A stretch of DNA of 32,000 bases from Xanthomonas campestris pv. campestris str. ATCC 33913. GTDB taxonomy: Bacteria > Pseudomonadota > Gammaproteobacteria > Xanthomonadales > Xanthomonadaceae. The notes under the pieces were generated by a model that was given only the letters and a program-made list of their open reading frames with translations, was not told the DNA's origin and searched no databases. Location: positions 280,325 through 312,324 of the forward strand of contig NC_003902.1 of assembly GCF_000007145.1 (NCBI RefSeq), in the 5' to 3' direction. A program made the translations under genes and the position numbers. Of the stretch, positions 1-9,313 are shown one piece after another (within the stretch, counting starts at the first letter, position 1; every line of letters begins with the position of its first letter).

Positions 1-18
1 GGACGGTAGAATGCGCCC

Positions 19-663
19 ATGCCCGGATCACTCTTCAACTCACTCAAGCCGCTCGCCGGCCAGGCCCTGCAGGCCGCGCTCAACCGCGCGCTGGCGCTGG
101 ACCCGGATACCCGCGACGCCCTGCTGCCGCTGGAAGGCCAGCGCATCGCACTGACCCTGGAGGCGCCGGCGCTGGCGCTGCAGATCCGCGTGCACGAGCG
201 GCGGCTGCTGGTGGGCCCGGTGGATGCCAGCCAGGAGCCGGATCTGGCGGTGCGCAGCAGCCTGGCCGGCTTGCTCGGGCAGCTGCCGTTTCTGGCCAAT
301 GCCCGCCGCAGCGGGGCGCCGGCCGGCCGGCTCAAGGTCTCCGGCGATGCCGAGCTGGCGCGCCAGCTGCAACAACTGGCCGGGCGTTTCGATCCGGACT
401 GGCAGCTGCCGTTCGTGGCGGTGTTCGGCGAGATCCTGGGCGTGCAGATCGCCAGCGCCGTGCGCAGCGCCTTGCAGCAGGCCCGCCGCAGCGCCACCGA
501 CCTGGCGCAGAGCGCAGCCGAATTCGTCACCGAGGAATCGCGCGACGTGGTGCCGCGCGCCGAACTGGAGGCCTTCCACGACGACGTGGATGAGCTGCGC
601 GACGCTGTCGAACGCCTGGCTGCGCGCATCAATCGCCTGTCTGCGGCCGGAGGCACGCCATGA
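19..663 (+). CDS. ubiJ: Ubiquinone biosynthesis accessory factor UbiJ (SCP2-like lipid-binding protein)
   Basis: The 214-aa ORF lies directly upstream of ubiB, and its stop overlaps the ubiB start (ATGA at 660-663). It has an Ala/Leu-rich SCP2-type N-terminal half and a coiled C-terminal tail. The position matches the conserved ubiE-ubiJ-ubiB arrangement. Confidence 0.75.
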
Positions 664-2333
664 AGGCAATCCTGCGGGCAAGCCGCATTGGCCGGGTGAT
701 CCTGCGGTATCGGCTGGACGCATTGCTGGAAGGCACCCCGGCCGAGCGCTGGTTGCGCCTGGCCAAGCCGTTCGTGCCGCGTGCCAGTGCCGAAATCGCT
801 GCGCAATCGCGCGGTGCGCGGCTGCGTCTGGCGCTGCAGGAACTGGGCCCGATCTTCGTCAAGTTCGGGCAGATTTTGTCCACCCGCCGCGACCTGATTC
901 CGCCGGACGTGGCCGAAGAACTCACCTTGCTGCAGGACCGGGTCAAGCCGTTCGACGGCGAGGCCGCGCGCCTGATCGTGGAGCGCGCGCTGGGCCTGCC
1001 GGTGAGCGTGGCGTTTGCCGCCTTCGACACCACGCCGCTGGCCTCGGCCTCGATCGCGCAGGTGCACGCGGCCACCTTGCCGCCCGATGCCAATGGCCTG
1101 CGCCGCGAAGTGGTGGTCAAGGTGCTGCGCCCGGACATCGAGCGCCAGATCGACGCCGACATCGCGCTGCTGCATTCGCTGGCCACGCTGGTCGAGCGCA
1201 CCCATCCGCGCGCCGACAAGATCCGCCCGCGCGAAGTGGTGGCCGAGATCGAAGGCACGTTGTCGGCCGAACTGGATCTGCAGCGCGAAGGCGCCAACGC
1301 CAGTGTATTGCGGCGGTTCTGGGAAGGCTCGGACGATCTGTACGTGCCGGAGGTGATCTGGTCGCACACCGCCGAGCGCGCGCTCACGCTGGAGCGCGTG
1401 TACGGCATCCCGTCCGATGACGTGGCCAAGCTCGACGCCGCCGGCATCGACCGCAAGGCGCTGGCCGCCAAGGGCGTGCGCGTGTTCTACACGCAGGTCT
1501 TCCGCGACAACTTCTTCCACGCCGATGCGCACGCCGGCAACATCTGGGTCGATTCGGACCCGGAGCGGCGCCTCAATCCGCGCTTCATTGCGCTGGATTT
1601 CGGCATCATGGGCCAGCTCTCGCAAGAAGATCAGTACTACCTGGCCGAGAACTTCATGGCGATCTTCCACAAGGATTACCGCCGCATGGCCGAGCTGCAC
1701 GTGGAGGCGGGCTGGATGCCGTCCAACGTGCGTATCGACGAGCTGGAAGCGGCCGCGCGTTCGGTGTGCGAGCCGTACTTCACCCGGCCGTTGTCGGAGA
1801 TCTCGCTGGCCGAGGTATTGATCAAGTTGTTCCGCGTGGCGCAGCGCTATGAATTGACGCTGCAGCCGCAGCTGATCCTGCTGCAGAAGACGCTGCTCAA
1901 CATCGAAGGCGTGGGCCGCCAGCTCGATCCCAAACTCGACATCTGGGCCGTGGCGCGGCCGGTGCTCGAACGCATCCTGCGCGAGCGTTACAGCCCGCGC
2001 CGCGTGCTGGGCGAGCTGCGCAAGCGCCTGCCGGAGATCATGACCCACGCGCCGGACATGCCGCGCCTGGTGCATAGCTGGTTGAAGCAGCAGGTGGAAG
2101 GCCGGCACCAGCTGGACATCCGCTCGAGCGAATTGCGTGCGCTGGACCTGAGCCTACGCAAGCTGCAGACCCGCGTGGTCACCGCCATCACCGGCAGCGG
2201 GCTGCTGGTGGTCGCCGCCGTGTTGTATGGCCTGCATCCGGACGGCTGGTATCTGGGCACGGTGCCGGTGTGGAGCTGGATCAGCGGCGGCGCCGGCTCG
2301 GCAGCCTTGCTGATCGCCTGGCTGCGCCGCTGA
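660..2333 (+). CDS. ubiB: Ubiquinone biosynthesis regulatory protein kinase UbiB (ABC1/ADCK family)
   Basis: 557 aa. It carries ABC1 kinase-like motifs ([44 protein letters not shown]) and two C-terminal hydrophobic helices. The start is translationally coupled to ubiJ. Confidence 0.92.
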
Positions 2334-2429
2334 CACATTGCGATAGGTGGCCCGCTGCATTCGGCTGCATTTAGGCAGTGCCTGCAGCGGAGCCCCAGCG
2401 CGGCCCTTGAGTCGTGGCGCGGCAACGCA

Positions 2430-3203
2430 GTGGCATGCGCTGTCGGCGACGCGGATAATCCGCCGGTGAGCACATCCCCTGATCCATTGCAGATTCTCTA
2501 CCAGGACGCCGTCCTGGCCGTTGTCGACAAACCCGCGGGCCTGATGGTCCACGACAGCAAGCTGGCGCGCGGGGAAGACGATTTTCTTGCGGACCGTCTG
2601 CGCGTGCAGCTGGGCCGCCCGATCTTTCTGGTGCACCGGCTCGACCGCGCCACCAGCGGCTGCCTGTTGCTGGCCTTCGATCGCGACACCGCCAGCGCGC
2701 TAGGCAAGGCCTTGATGGCCGGCGAGGTAGAGAAGGATTATCTGGCCATCTGCCGCGGCTGGCCCGCCGAGGAGCGCTTCATCGTCGACCACGATCTGGA
2801 TGGCGGCCCGGGCAAACCGATCAAGAAGCCGGCGGTGACCCACTTCCAGCGCCTGGCCACCGGCGAGCTGGAGATCCCGTCCACCGGCTTTGCCACCTCG
2901 CGCTATGCCTTGCTGCGCTGCCAGCCGCAGACCGGGCGGTTTCGGCAGATCCGCCGGCATCTCAAGCACCTGTCGCATCACATGATCGGCGACACCAGCC
3001 ATGGCGATGGCCGCCACAACCGCAGCTTCCGCATGCTCGGCATCCACCGCATGTTGCTGCATGCCGAACGCCTGGGCTTCCCGCATCCTGCCGATGGCAG
3101 GCGCATCAGCGTGGTGGCGCCGCTGGATGTGGAGTTTGCGAAAGCGTGTGCGTTGTTCGGGTGGGACGTGGCGGGGTTGCAAGGCACGACACACGTGCAG
3201 TGA
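2430..3203 (+). CDS. truC: RluA-family pseudouridine synthase, TruC-like (tRNA pseudouridine65 synthase)
   Basis: It has the catalytic motif HRLDRATSGCLLLA and an N-terminus (LQILYQDAVLAVVDKPAGLMVH) typical of TruC/RluA enzymes. The ORF-track start at 2430 is GTG. An in-frame GTG at 2466 is an equally plausible start. Confidence 0.8.
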   Translation: MACAVGDADNPPVSTSPDPLQILYQDAVLAVVDKPAGLMVHDSKLARGEDDFLADRLRVQLGRPIFLVHRLDRATSGCLLLAFDRDTASALGKALMAGEVEKDYLAICRGWPAEERFIVDHDLDGGPGKPIKKPAVTHFQRLATGELEIPSTGFATSRYALLRCQPQTGRFRQIRRHLKHLSHHMIGDTSHGDGRHNRSFRMLGIHRMLLHAERLGFPHPADGRRISVVAPLDVEFAKACALFGWDVAGLQGTTHVQ

Positions 3204-3261
3204 TGCGGCGTGGTCATTGATCTGTCCGTGCCTTAACGTCGAACGGCAACGTCTCTAGGCA

Positions 3262-3880
3262 GCCGTACCCTCACCCCAACCCCTCTCCCGACGGGAGAGG
3301 GGCTTGACTGTTGCTTCTCCCCCTCGGGAGAAGGTGCCCCGTAGGGGCGGATGAGGGTGCGAGCGAAGCCTGGTGAAGTTTGGATACACGTGCTGCTTCG
3401 CCGCTTACCGCCTTCACCCCAACTCCCTCTCCCGGCGGAGAGGAGCTTGACTGTTCCTTTTCCCCTCGGGAGAAGGTGCCCCGGGGGCGGATGAGGGCGC
3501 GAGCGAAGCCTGGCGGAGTTTGGATGCACGTGCTGCTTCGCCGCTTACCGCCTTCACCCCAACTCCCTCTCCCGGCGGAGAGGTGCTTGACTGTTCCTTC
3601 TCCCCTCGGGAGAAGGTGCCCCGTAGGGGCGGATGAGGGTGCGAGCGAAGCCTGGTGAAGTTTGGATACACGTGCTGCTTCGTCGCTTACCGCCTTCACC
3701 CCAACTCCCTCTCCCGGCGGAGAGGGGCTTGACTGTTGCTTCTCCCCTCGGGAGAAGGTGCCCGTAGGGGCGGATGAGGGTGCGAGCGAAGCCTGGTGGA
3801 GTTTGGATGCACGTGCTGCTTCGCCGCTTACCGCCTTCAACCCAACTCTCTCTCCCGGCGGAGAGGGAGTTGGAGCAGGC
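3262..3880. repeat. Tandem array of about 4.4 copies of a roughly 141-bp REP-like unit, each carrying three short GC-rich inverted repeats
   Basis: The anchor TCACCCC/TCAACCC recurs at 3271, 3414, 3554, 3696 and 3837, giving periods of 143, 140, 142 and 141 bp. Each unit contains CCTCTCC-cggc-GGAGAGG, CCTTCTCCC-ctc-GGGAGAAGG and GCCCC-gta-GGGGC. The array fills the gap between convergent truC and the DUF2059 gene. Confidence 0.9.
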
Positions 3881-3936
3881 TTCTCTCACTGGAGGAAAGC
3901 TGGGGCACCGCCGGAATCGTCAATGCGATCGACCTG

Positions 3937-3972
3937 GCATCCGCATCCGCATGCTCATCCGCATCCGCATTC
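3937..3972. repeat. Imperfect hexanucleotide microsatellite (GCATCC)n, about 6 units
   Basis: Read directly as gcatcc gcatcc gcatgc tcatcc gcatcc gcattc. It is followed by a TCCCCAATCCC direct repeat at 3998-4008 and 4012-4022. Confidence 0.7.
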
Positions 3973-4028
3973 GCCGCAGCGATCACGCGGTTACGAATCC
4001 CCAATCCCGATTCCCCAATCCCTGCCCC

Positions 4029-4571
4029 TCACGGCTTCGCCGCAGGCGCCGCCGGAGTGTTGACGATCTGTTCCAGATCCTTCTGCAGGTCGGTAAACAG
4101 CGGCAGCATCTTCTGCTGGATGGCGCCCATCAGGTTCTGGGTCAGTGCCGGGGTCTTGTCCAGCAGGCTTTGGCCGGCCGAACTCTCGTAGAACTCGGCC
4201 ATGGCAATCACGTCCTCGCGCGAGAAAGAGCGCTTGTACAGGTCCACGTACATCGGGCGCAGCTCCGACCACGACAGCGCCTTGCGCACGGTCTGGCGGG
4301 TGCGGTCCTGGATGCGCTGCAGCAGCGCCTGCTGGTCGGCATCGAGCTGGCGCTGCGCGGTGAGCTGGGCGAACTGCTGCTGCTGCATCGCTTCGATCTG
4401 CGGCAGCATGGTGTCGAGCATGGTCTGTGCGCGCGAAGCGGCCAGCAGCCGGTTGACGTCGGCATCGCTGGGCGCCTGGGCGCAGGCCACCGGCGCGGCA
4501 AGTGCCAGCGCCAGCAGCACCAGCAGGCGACGGGCATGGCGGCGGGCCGAAATGAAAGCGGTGGGTGTCAT
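4029..4571 (-). CDS. Exported DUF2059-family protein
   Basis: 180 aa counted from the internal Met (CAT on the + strand at 4569-4571) of the 375-aa ORF. It has a signal peptide (RRLLVLLALALAAPVACAQA). The C-terminal segment VIAMAEFYESSAGQSLLDKTPAL resembles the DUF2059 core. The upstream 195 codons of the ORF overlap arfB on the opposite strand and are Arg/Ser-rich junk. Confidence 0.8.
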   Translation of the reverse strand: MTPTAFISARRHARRLLVLLALALAAPVACAQAPSDADVNRLLAASRAQTMLDTMLPQIEAMQQQQFAQLTAQRQLDADQQALLQRIQDRTRQTVRKALSWSELRPMYVDLYKRSFSREDVIAMAEFYESSAGQSLLDKTPALTQNLMGAIQQKMLPLFTDLQKDLEQIVNTPAAPAAKP

Positions 4572-4665
4572 CGGAGCATCCTGCAGTCGGGGGACCGGCC
4601 GCAGCATACGGGATGACGCTGGCGTTCGCGCGCGCGTCCACGCCCGTCCCGATACAATCCGGCGC

Positions 4666-5097
4666 ATGGCCAGTGAACCCATCCAGATCACCCCCAACCT
4701 GGCGATCCCGCCCGGCGAGATCGTCGAGCGCTTCGTGCGCGCGAGCGGCGCCGGCGGGCAGAACGTCAACAAGGTGTCGACGGCGGTGGAACTGCGCTTC
4801 GATGTGGCCGGCTCGCCGTCGCTGCCGGAACCGTTGCGTGCGCGTCTGCTGTCGCGGCGTGATCGCCGCATGACCGCCGACGGCGTGCTGGTGATCGATG
4901 CGCAGCGGTTCCGCACCCAGGACCGCAACCGCGAAGATGCGCGCGAGCGGCTGGCCGAGATCATCAATGCATGCCTGTCGGTGCCCAAGCGCCGCGTGGC
5001 CACCAAACCGAGCCATGGTGCCAAGCTACGGCGGCTGGATGCCAAGCGTGAGCGTAGCCAGATCAAACGTGGACGCTCTGCGTCCCACTGGGAGTAA
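4666..5097 (+). CDS. arfB: Alternative ribosome-rescue factor ArfB (peptidyl-tRNA hydrolase, YaeJ family)
   Basis: 143 aa counted from the internal ATG at 4666. It has the GGQ motif in SGAGGQNVNKVSTAVELRF and a basic C-terminal tail (KLRRLDAKRERSQIKRGR), both typical of ArfB. Confidence 0.9.
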   Translation: MASEPIQITPNLAIPPGEIVERFVRASGAGGQNVNKVSTAVELRFDVAGSPSLPEPLRARLLSRRDRRMTADGVLVIDAQRFRTQDRNREDARERLAEIINACLSVPKRRVATKPSHGAKLRRLDAKRERSQIKRGRSASHWE

Positions 5098-5099
5098 GC

Positions 5100-5729
5100 G
5101 TGAGTGACACTGACCCGTCGTTGCCGCCGGTAACGCAGGCCAACATCCTGTTGCAACCCTCACCACCACGCATGCCGCGTGCGCATGGCCGCTTCGGCCG
5201 TTGGCTCGGCCGCACCGCGCTGCGGTTGACCGGCTGGCGGCTGGTCGGCCGGCTGCCCGACGAGCCCAAGCTGGTGATGATCGTCGCCCCGCACTCCTCC
5301 AACTGGGACGGTTTTCTCGGCTTTGCGGCCAAGTTCGCGCTCGGCTTCGATGTGCGCGTGCTGGGCAAGGCGCAGCTGTTCTGGTGGCCGCTGGGGCCGC
5401 TGCTGCGCAAGCTCGGCGCCATCCCGCTGGACCGCAGCTCGCCGCAAGGCACCATTGGCCAGGCGGTGCGGTTGATCCGCAACTCCGAGCAGATGTGGTA
5501 CGTGATCACCCCGGAAGGCACGCGCAAGCGCGTCGAAAACTGGAAGGCGGGGTTCTGGAAGATCGCCTCCGATGCCAAGGTGCCGATCCTGCCGGTGTAT
5601 TTCGATTACCCCAGCAAGACCGTGGGCATCGGCGAGCCGTTCTGGACCGGCACCGACATGGCCGCCGATATCGCCGCCGTGCGCACCTGGTACCGCCCGT
5701 GGCGCGGCAAGCACCGCGATACGCTTTGA
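5100..5729 (+). CDS. PlsC-family lysophospholipid (1-acyl-sn-glycerol-3-phosphate) acyltransferase
   Basis: It has the HX4D acyltransferase motif (APHSSNWDG) and an ITPEGTR motif. The GTG start lies 2 nt after the arfB stop. An in-frame ATG (MPRAHG) at 5172 is an alternative start. Confidence 0.8.
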   Translation: MSDTDPSLPPVTQANILLQPSPPRMPRAHGRFGRWLGRTALRLTGWRLVGRLPDEPKLVMIVAPHSSNWDGFLGFAAKFALGFDVRVLGKAQLFWWPLGPLLRKLGAIPLDRSSPQGTIGQAVRLIRNSEQMWYVITPEGTRKRVENWKAGFWKIASDAKVPILPVYFDYPSKTVGIGEPFWTGTDMAADIAAVRTWYRPWRGKHRDTL

Positions 5730-5788
5730 GCCCACCATCCCCTGTTTGCGTGGTGGCGAGCGCCGGCCACGCCTTGCGAGGAACGCCA

Positions 5789-6796
5789 ATGTCATCTGCC
5801 CGCGTGTTGTGCCTGTCGTTGCTGCTGTGGGCCACCGGCCCGGTGTGGGCCGCGACACCCATGCTGGTGATCCACGGCGGCGCCGGTGTGGAGAAATCCA
5901 GCCTGTCGCCGGAGGAACAAGCGCAGGCACGCGAGGCGATGCAGCGCGCGCTGCGTGCTGGCCATGCGGTGTTGACGCGCGGCGGTAGCGCGGTGGATGC
6001 GGTGGCCGCCACCATCACCGTGCTGGAGGATGCGCCGCAATTCAACGCCGGGCGCGGTGCGGTGTTCACCCACGATGGCAAGAACGAACTCGATGCCGCC
6101 ATCATGGATGGTGCCAGCGGCAAGGCCGGCGCGATCGCTGGCGTGCACACGGTCAAGAACCCGATCCTGTTGGCGCGCAGTGTCATGGACCGCTCCAAGC
6201 ATGTGATGCTGGTCGGCGACGGCGCCGAGCAGTTCGCGCGCGAGCAGGGCATCGCGTTGGTCGATCCCAGCTATTTCCGTACCGACAAGCGTTGGCAGCA
6301 ACTGCAAAAAGCGCTCAAGGCCGAGGCCGGTGACCGCCAGGCCCAAGCCGAACTGGATCTGGAAACCGCCAAGCACTTCGGTACCGTGGGCGCGTTGGCG
6401 CTGGACCGCGACGGCCATCTGGCCGCCGGTACCTCCACCGGCGGCATGACCAACAAGCGCTACGGCCGCGTGGGCGACGCGCCGATCATCGGCGCCGGTA
6501 CCTATGCCAACACCCAGTGCGCGGTGTCCGGCACCGGCTGGGGCGAGTTCTATATACGTGCGGTGGCCGCCTACGACATCTGCGCGCGTATGAAATATGC
6601 CGGGCAATCGCTGCAACAGGCGGCCGAGGCAGTCATCGATCAGCAGATTCCCAAGGCCGGCGGCGACGGTGGCGCAATTGCGCTGGATGCGCAGGGCAAT
6701 GCCGCATTTCCGTTCAATACCGAGGGCATGTACCGCGGCTGGATCGGTGCCGATGGCACTGCGCATGTGGCGATCTTCAAGGACGAGGCGCTGTAA
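5789..6796 (+). CDS. iaaA: Isoaspartyl peptidase / L-asparaginase (Ntn hydrolase, IaaA family), exported
   Basis: 335 aa counted from the internal ATG at 5789. It has a signal peptide (LCLSLLLWATGPVWAA). Family motifs present are VIHGGAG, FNAGRGAVFT, the autoprocessing site HFGTVGALALD and GTSTGGMTNK. The 5' part of the 531-aa ORF overlaps the acyltransferase gene in another frame. Confidence 0.88.
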   Translation: MSSARVLCLSLLLWATGPVWAATPMLVIHGGAGVEKSSLSPEEQAQAREAMQRALRAGHAVLTRGGSAVDAVAATITVLEDAPQFNAGRGAVFTHDGKNELDAAIMDGASGKAGAIAGVHTVKNPILLARSVMDRSKHVMLVGDGAEQFAREQGIALVDPSYFRTDKRWQQLQKALKAEAGDRQAQAELDLETAKHFGTVGALALDRDGHLAAGTSTGGMTNKRYGRVGDAPIIGAGTYANTQCAVSGTGWGEFYIRAVAAYDICARMKYAGQSLQQAAEAVIDQQIPKAGGDGGAIALDAQGNAAFPFNTEGMYRGWIGADGTAHVAIFKDEAL

Positions 6797-7020
6797 CGCT
6801 GCTGCGCTTGCCCGGTAGCGCGTTGAAGACTGGCGCGTGCCAGCCCACTACCACATCCGGCGCGCATGACGACGCAGCGGCGGCCCAGGCGATGGCGCCT
6901 GGACGGCACGCGATCTCGCAGCCCCACTGCGTTCATCCATCCAATCCAACGGCACATGCCACACGCGACGAAACCCGCTAGCGTGGCCGGCTGCTGTTAC
7001 CCACTCAGGAATTACACGCC

Positions 7021-9189
7021 ATGTCGCGTACCGTCGTTCTGGCCGCTGCCATCACCCTGGCACTGGCTGCTTGTTCTGGAAAAGATTCGTCCGGTAAGGA
7101 GTCCACCACCGTGCCCGAGAAGACCGCTACCACCCAGACCCCGGATGCCGCGCCGAACCCGCTGCTGACCGCCAGCACGCTGCCGTTCCAGGCGCCGCCG
7201 TTCGACAAGATCCAGGACAGCGATTACCTGCCTGCGTTCGAAGAAGGCATGCGCCAGCATCTGGCGGACGTGCGCAAGATTGCCGACAACCCCGAGCCGG
7301 CCAACTTCGACAACACCATCGAGGCGATGGAGCGCAGCGGCGAAACGCTCACCCGCGTCTCGCGCATTTTCTTTGGCCTGGTGCAGGCCGATACCAGCGA
7401 CGCCCGCCAGAAAATCCAGGAAGAGGTGGCGCCCAAGTTGGCCGCGCACCAGGACGAGATCAATCTGGATCCCAAGCTGTTCGCACGCGTCAAGGCGATC
7501 TACGACCAACGCGACACGCTCAGCCTGGAGCCGGAGCAAAAGCGCCTGGTCGAACGCCATTACGAAGAGCTGGTGCGCGCCGGTGCGCAGCTGTCCGACG
7601 CCGACAAGACCACCTTGCGCAAGCTCAACGTGGAGGAGACCACGCTCTCCACGCAGTTCCATACCAAGCTGGTGGCTGCCTCGGCTGCTGCCGCCGTGGT
7701 GGTCGACGACAAGGCCAAGCTCGATGGCTTGAGCGAGGGCGACATCGCCGCCGCCGCCGATGCCGCCAAGGCGCGCAAGCTCGATGGCAAGTATCTGCTG
7801 ACCCTGCAGAACACCACCCAGCAGCCGGTGCTGGCTTCGCTGAAGGACCATGACCTGCGCGCGCAGGTGATGAAAGCCTCGCAAACCCGTGCCGAACAGG
7901 GCGACGCCAACGACACCCGCCAGACCATCCAGCGGCTGGCGCAGCTGCGCGCGCAAAAAGCCAAGCTGCTCGGCTTCGACAGCTACGCCGCCTACAGCCT
8001 GGGCGACCAGATGGCCAAGACGCCGGAGGCCGCGCTCAAGCTGTTGACCGACACCGTGCCGGCGGCGACCGCCAAGGCGCGCAGCGAAGTGGGCGAGATG
8101 CAGAAGGTCATCGATGCGCAGCAGGGCGGCTTCAAGCTCGCTGCGGCGGATTGGGACTTCTACGCCGAGCAGGTGCGCAAGGCCAAGTACGACCTGGACG
8201 AATCGCAGATCAAGCCGTATTTCGAACTGGACAACGTGCTGCAGAACGGCGTTTTCTACGCGGCCACGCAGCTGTATGGCATCACCTTCAAGCAGCGCAC
8301 CGACATCCCGACCTATCACGCGGACATGAAGGTGTACGAAGTGTTCGATGCGGACGGCACCTCGATGGCGCTGTTCTACACCGACTACTTCAAGCGCGAC
8401 AGCAAGTCCGGTGGCGCCTGGATGGATGTGTTCGTGGAGCAGGACGGGCTGACCGGCACCAAGCCGGTGGTCTACAACGTGTGCAACTTCACCAAGCCCG
8501 CCGCGGGCCAGCCGGCGCTGCTGAGCTTTGATGACGTCACCACCTTGTTCCATGAGTTCGGTCACGCACTGCATGGCATGTTCTCCAAGGTGAAGTACCC
8601 CTCGATCGCCGGCACCAGCACCTCGCGTGACTTTGTCGAGTTCCCCTCGCAGTTCAACGAGCACTGGGCGTCCGACCCGAAGGTCTTCGCCAACTACGCC
8701 AAGCACTACCAGACCGGTGCAGCGATGCCCGATGCCCTGGTGGAGAAGATCAAGAAGGCCAAGACCTTCAACAGCGGCTACGCCACCACCGAGTACTTGT
8801 CGGCGGCATTGCTCGACCTGGCCTGGCACACCCAGCCGGCCGATGCACCGCTGCAGGACGTGAGCAAGTTCGAGGTCGATGCGTTGAAGCGCTTCAAGGT
8901 CGATCTGGCCGAAGTCCCGCCGCGCTACCGCAGCACCTATTTCGACCACATCTGGGGCGGCGGTTATTCGGCCGGCTACTACGCCTATTTCTGGTCGGAA
9001 GTGCTCGATGACGACGCGTTCGAGTGGTTCAAGGAAAATGGCGGCCTGACCCGCAAGAACGGCGACACCTTCCGCGCCAAGATCCTTTCGCGCGGCAATA
9101 CCGTGGATCTGGCGACGCTGTACCGCGATTTCCGTGGCAAGGATCCCAGCGTCAAGGCGCTGTTGGAAAACCGTGGTTTGACGGAGTAA
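7021..9189 (+). CDS. dcp: Peptidyl-dipeptidase Dcp (M3 zinc metallopeptidase), lipoprotein form
   Basis: 722 aa. It has the HEXXH zinc site (HEFGHALH) in a context typical of M3A Dcp/oligopeptidase A, and an N-terminal lipobox (LALAAC at residues 13-18). Confidence 0.92.
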   Translation: MSRTVVLAAAITLALAACSGKDSSGKESTTVPEKTATTQTPDAAPNPLLTASTLPFQAPPFDKIQDSDYLPAFEEGMRQHLADVRKIADNPEPANFDNTIEAMERSGETLTRVSRIFFGLVQADTSDARQKIQEEVAPKLAAHQDEINLDPKLFARVKAIYDQRDTLSLEPEQKRLVERHYEELVRAGAQLSDADKTTLRKLNVEETTLSTQFHTKLVAASAAAAVVVDDKAKLDGLSEGDIAAAADAAKARKLDGKYLLTLQNTTQQPVLASLKDHDLRAQVMKASQTRAEQGDANDTRQTIQRLAQLRAQKAKLLGFDSYAAYSLGDQMAKTPEAALKLLTDTVPAATAKARSEVGEMQKVIDAQQGGFKLAAADWDFYAEQVRKAKYDLDESQIKPYFELDNVLQNGVFYAATQLYGITFKQRTDIPTYHADMKVYEVFDADGTSMALFYTDYFKRDSKSGGAWMDVFVEQDGLTGTKPVVYNVCNFTKPAAGQPALLSFDDVTTLFHEFGHALHGMFSKVKYPSIAGTSTSRDFVEFPSQFNEHWASDPKVFANYAKHYQTGAAMPDALVEKIKKAKTFNSGYATTEYLSAALLDLAWHTQPADAPLQDVSKFEVDALKRFKVDLAEVPPRYRSTYFDHIWGGGYSAGYYAYFWSEVLDDDAFEWFKENGGLTRKNGDTFRAKILSRGNTVDLATLYRDFRGKDPSVKALLENRGLTE

Positions 9190-9244
9190 GTGATGCGCGT
9201 GGGTCGTTGACGTATGCGCGTGTAGTGCATGCGGTTAGCAATCG

Positions 9245-9276
9245 AAACGGGATGGCCGCAAGGCCATCCCGTTTTT
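9245..9276 (+). terminator. Rho-independent terminator downstream of dcp, possibly bidirectional
   Basis: The stem is AAACGGGATGGCC / GGCCATCCCGTTT with loop GCAA, followed by TTTTTGTTG. It sits between the convergent dcp stop (9189) and the effector-like gene stop (9314). Confidence 0.8.
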
Positions 9277-9313
9277 GTTGCGTCGCTTTTGATGCGCCGC
9301 GGTCGGCGCCGCA

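Noticed and set aside
3262-3880. Possible CRISPR array.
   Set aside because: The units are contiguous 141-bp repeats of one another with no unique spacers. No cas genes are present in the window.
3233-4063. Multiple ORFs of 85-189 aa in several frames and on both strands across the 141-bp tandem array, with translations such as PSPPGEGVGVKAVSGEAAR repeated.
   Set aside because: The reading frames are open only because the repeat lacks stops. The same DNA is open in several frames on both strands, and the products are periodic low-complexity sequence. I treated the region as a non-coding repeat.
4572-5156. 5' extensions of ORFs offered by the ORF track: 4029-5156, 4201-5097, 5201-6796, 17778-19247, 9314-11590, 13880-14374, 23085-23474.
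   Set aside because: In each case the family-homologous part, the signal peptide or a good Shine-Dalgarno begins at an internal start. The extension either overlaps a neighbouring real gene or has junk composition.
7012-8949. Very long ORFs antisense to, or out of frame with, recognised genes. Examples: 7012-8949(-) opposite dcp, 16063-17877(-) opposite aceB, 17898-19388(-) opposite aceA, 19330-20502(-) opposite the GGDEF gene, 22018-23283(-) opposite the cyclase, 27206-28843(+) opposite mccA, 5160-5930(-), 629-1471(-), 224-1420(+), 13241-14524(+).
   Set aside because: They are high-GC artefacts. Stop codons are rare in off-frames, the translations are Arg/Ala/Gly/Pro-rich with no recognisable motifs, and each is fully covered by a gene with clear family signatures on the other strand or frame.
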